Notes under the pieces: model-generated
The model's input: the letters and a program-made list of their open reading frames with translations, nothing else
Databases searched by the model: none
What the model was told of the DNA's origin: nothing
Program-made: the position numbers and the translations under genes
Source of the DNA: an uncultured Granulosicoccaceae bacterium
GTDB taxonomy: Bacteria > Pseudomonadota > Gammaproteobacteria > Granulosicoccales > Granulosicoccaceae
Length of the DNA stretch: 64,000 bases
Direction of reading: 5' to 3'
Assembly: GCA_964594905.1 (NCBI GenBank)
Contig: CAZQOI010000006.1
Coordinates: 9,011-73,010, forward strand
In this document: positions 61,715-64,000 of the stretch, piece after piece
Position numbering within the stretch: the stretch's first letter is position 1
How the letters are laid out: each line of letters starts with the position of its first letter

Positions 61715-62809
61715 TTACTTCAGTGTGTCGGCGTGTGCCTTACCCAAGCTCGCGTTCGAAGCCTGTGCACCAGCCCAGAATGGAACTGCGATGTCAGCGA
61801 AATCTTTTTGCGACTGCCAGACTTCTGCAAAGAACTCGTTCTCGTCTGCAGCTGTTTGCAGTGCGTTCTGTGCAGCAGCCATGTACTCAGTAAAGTACTC
61901 AGCTGGGGTGTCTTCCAAAATAACGCCGTGATTGTCAGTCAGATCTTTAAGCGCCTTACCGTTTTCGTAGATGCGGTAGGACATGGACTTGGACAGTGAT
62001 GCGTTTGATGCAACTTCGAGAGCTTTCTTCTCAACATCAGTCAGTCCGTCGTAGACGTCGCCGTTTACATACAAATCAGCGTTTACGACAACCTGGTGCA
62101 AGCCTTGAAGGTAGTAGTGCTTCAGAACTTTCTGGAAGCCGAAGACAGAATCAGGCTTCGGGCAGCACCATTCAGCTGCGTCGATTGTGCCTTTTTCAAG
62201 TGCTGGCAAGATGTCACCACCACCCATCGCAACAGCCGGAACACCGATGTCAGCGTATGCGGCACCAACCATGCCTGGAGGCGCGCGGAAACGCATCTTA
62301 CGGAAGTCGTCCATAGACTCGATTGGCTTAGGGAACCAGCCCAACGCTTCAGGACCTACAGGCTGCAGCATGAAACCTTTGACGTTCACGCCCATTTCGT
62401 CCCACAGGCGGTCATAAAGCTCTTTGCCACCGCCAAACTGGAACCAGCTAAGGAAAGCGATGTTGTCCATGCCAACACCTGCGCCCGCAACGGGTGCACC
62501 AAAAAGGTTCGCCGCAACGTGCTTACCACCCCAGTAGTGTGTCCACGCAAAACCTGCTTCAACAAGGCCCGCGTCAACCGCGTCGATGATATCGCTCGGG
62601 GAGACAACAGCGCCGGCAGGCAGCACTTCGATTGTCAATGATCCACCTGTGAGTTCGCCAACGTCTTTGGCGAATTCTTTGAGCATGACGACTTCGTCTG
62701 ACGAATCACCCAGCACCGATTGCACACGGATAGTCGTTTCGGCGTATGCAGTACCGACTGCCATTGCCACACTCAACGCTGATGCGCCAAGAAGATGTGT
62801 AAATTTCAT
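61715..62809 (-). CDS. dctP: TRAP transporter substrate-binding protein (TakP/DctP6-like)
   Basis: Signal peptide, IEVLPAGAVV, YWGGK, GWF, FRAP, ILPALEKGTIDAAEW. Confidence 0.92.
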   Translation of the reverse strand: MKFTHLLGASALSVAMAVGTAYAETTIRVQSVLGDSSDEVVMLKEFAKDVGELTGGSLTIEVLPAGAVVSPSDIIDAVDAGLVEAGFAWTHYWGGKHVAANLFGAPVAGAGVGMDNIAFLSWFQFGGGKELYDRLWDEMGVNVKGFMLQPVGPEALGWFPKPIESMDDFRKMRFRAPPGMVGAAYADIGVPAVAMGGGDILPALEKGTIDAAEWCCPKPDSVFGFQKVLKHYYLQGLHQVVVNADLYVNGDVYDGLTDVEKKALEVASNASLSKSMSYRIYENGKALKDLTDNHGVILEDTPAEYFTEYMAAAQNALQTAADENEFFAEVWQSQKDFADIAVPFWAGAQASNASLGKAHADTLK

Positions 62810-63265
62810 AGTTCCTCCAAAGGATTATCTTTACGATGGAGGTGAGCGTGTTGCCGGGTAGGCGCGCAAGCCTCTCCCTCCATTTGGTTGTTTAAATTGC
62901 GCCGCTAAGCCACAGTTTAATTGGTGAGCAGAATTGTTGAGACTCTGCCCGGTATCTCTGTCGACATAGACCGATACTGAGACAGAGGGTCTCATTTATG
63001 GGATTAGCTGTCAAACAGTTGCAAGCAGTTGCAATCGCGAATTTAGGCGATCCAGGAGCACTTTCAAATTGGTGCCAAATCCAGAGTATTCGGCGCCAAC
63101 AGCAAGGCGGCCCTTAGCTTAAGGGCAGAAATTGAGACGTAGTTAATATCGAAGACGATATGTAGATCAGATCGCTCGTACAGTCCCTCTGATCAGATCG
63201 CTCTCAAAGGGACTGCATACAGTCGAAGACCGCTCGCAGACGGACAGCGCCGCTGCAAACGCGGA

Positions 63266-64000
63266 CTACACCATGAAGTTCAGATCCTGCGTGGAGAAAT
63301 TTTGCAAGTTTGGCAATACGGTGTGCAGTTGCGAGTCATCAAGACCCACCCAGCGAAGTAATGTCGCGGCATATTGTGTCGCGGACAGCGTTGGCAGGAT
63401 GCGGCCGTTATGCACAGAATCGACACCGTTTATGTCCAGTCGTGGCAGATCACCGACTATCTGACCACCTTGTACCGCACCGCCCATAGCCATGAGGTGA
63501 TTGCCCCAACCATGATCGGTGCCGTCGCCATTACTCTTCAAACTACGGCCAAAGTCAGATGCGGTAAATGTTGTGACTTCATTTGAGCGACCCAGTGCGT
63601 CGATACGTCCCTGAAAAAAGCTCAGTGCTGCACTTAGTTCGGAAAAGAGTTCTGGTAAATCTCGGTTCTGACTATCGTGAACATCAAACCCGCGCATGCT
63701 GACATAGAAAATCTGTCGACGTAGACCCAATTGTTCTTGGGCCCCAATCAACTGAGCAACCATGCCAAGTTTCGCCGCCAGTTCATTCTCTGGAGGTTGT
63801 TCTGTAAAGAGGCCTGCATTGCTCTCCAGAACTGCACCGAGTTCGGTAGTGACTGAGATAGCTCGCTTTTGTAAATCGGCATATGCATTTGAGAATAGAT
63901 GACGTCGTTGATTCTCGAGCACTCGTCGAAACGCCTCGACACGGGGTTGTTGCCAGTCGCTGTTGCCGTCCATTCCAGCATATTCAAGTACACCAGACTC
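63266..64000 (-). CDS. DUF1501 family protein (5' end outside the window)
   Basis: RQIFYV..GFD.H, TFTASDFGR...NGDGTDHGWGN, LPNL.NF...LNFM. Confidence 0.88.
   Translation of the reverse strand, partial: ESGVLEYAGMDGNSDWQQPRVEAFRRVLENQRRHLFSNAYADLQKRAISVTTELGAVLESNAGLFTEQPPENELAAKLGMVAQLIGAQEQLGLRRQIFYVSMRGFDVHDSQNRDLPELFSELSAALSFFQGRIDALGRSNEVTTFTASDFGRSLKSNGDGTDHGWGNHLMAMGGAVQGGQIVGDLPRLDINGVDSVHNGRILPTLSATQYAATLLRWVGLDDSQLHTVLPNLQNFSTQDLNFMV

Overview
Gene-dense bacterial chromosomal segment of about 50% GC. It most resembles a marine gammaproteobacterium (Granulosicoccus-like gene content; this is an inference). I found no rRNA, tRNA, CRISPR array, transposase or prophage. The window holds two TRAP transporter loci, ubiA, gor, a fimU-pilV-pilW-pilX-pilE minor-pilin operon, comF, an ABC-F, nudC, amt-glnB/K, a MoxR-DUF58-transglutaminase operon, acuI, a GH16 glucanase, three OmpA-domain proteins and many accessory enzymes. 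The most notable observations are these. (1) An out-of-frame urtA/ureG chimera marks loss of a whole urea uptake/urease operon, with its NtrC/sigma54-type promoter left behind. (2) A pair of dynamin-like GTPases (one coupled to ubiA, one membrane-anchored) is split by an inverted cobT-peroxiredoxin block. (3) A spore-photoproduct-lyase-like radical SAM enzyme with altered relay residues is coupled to a nucleosidase-fold gene. (4) A TRAP-terC-hpsO-hpsP-like operon (probably sulfonate/DHPS) has a leader with an anti-SD/anti-anti-SD switch architecture. (5) A glycosyltransferase appears to start at ATA. (6) A DoeB-like enzyme and a CZB-like domain have degenerate metal sites. All family calls come from motif recognition by eye; no database searches were run.
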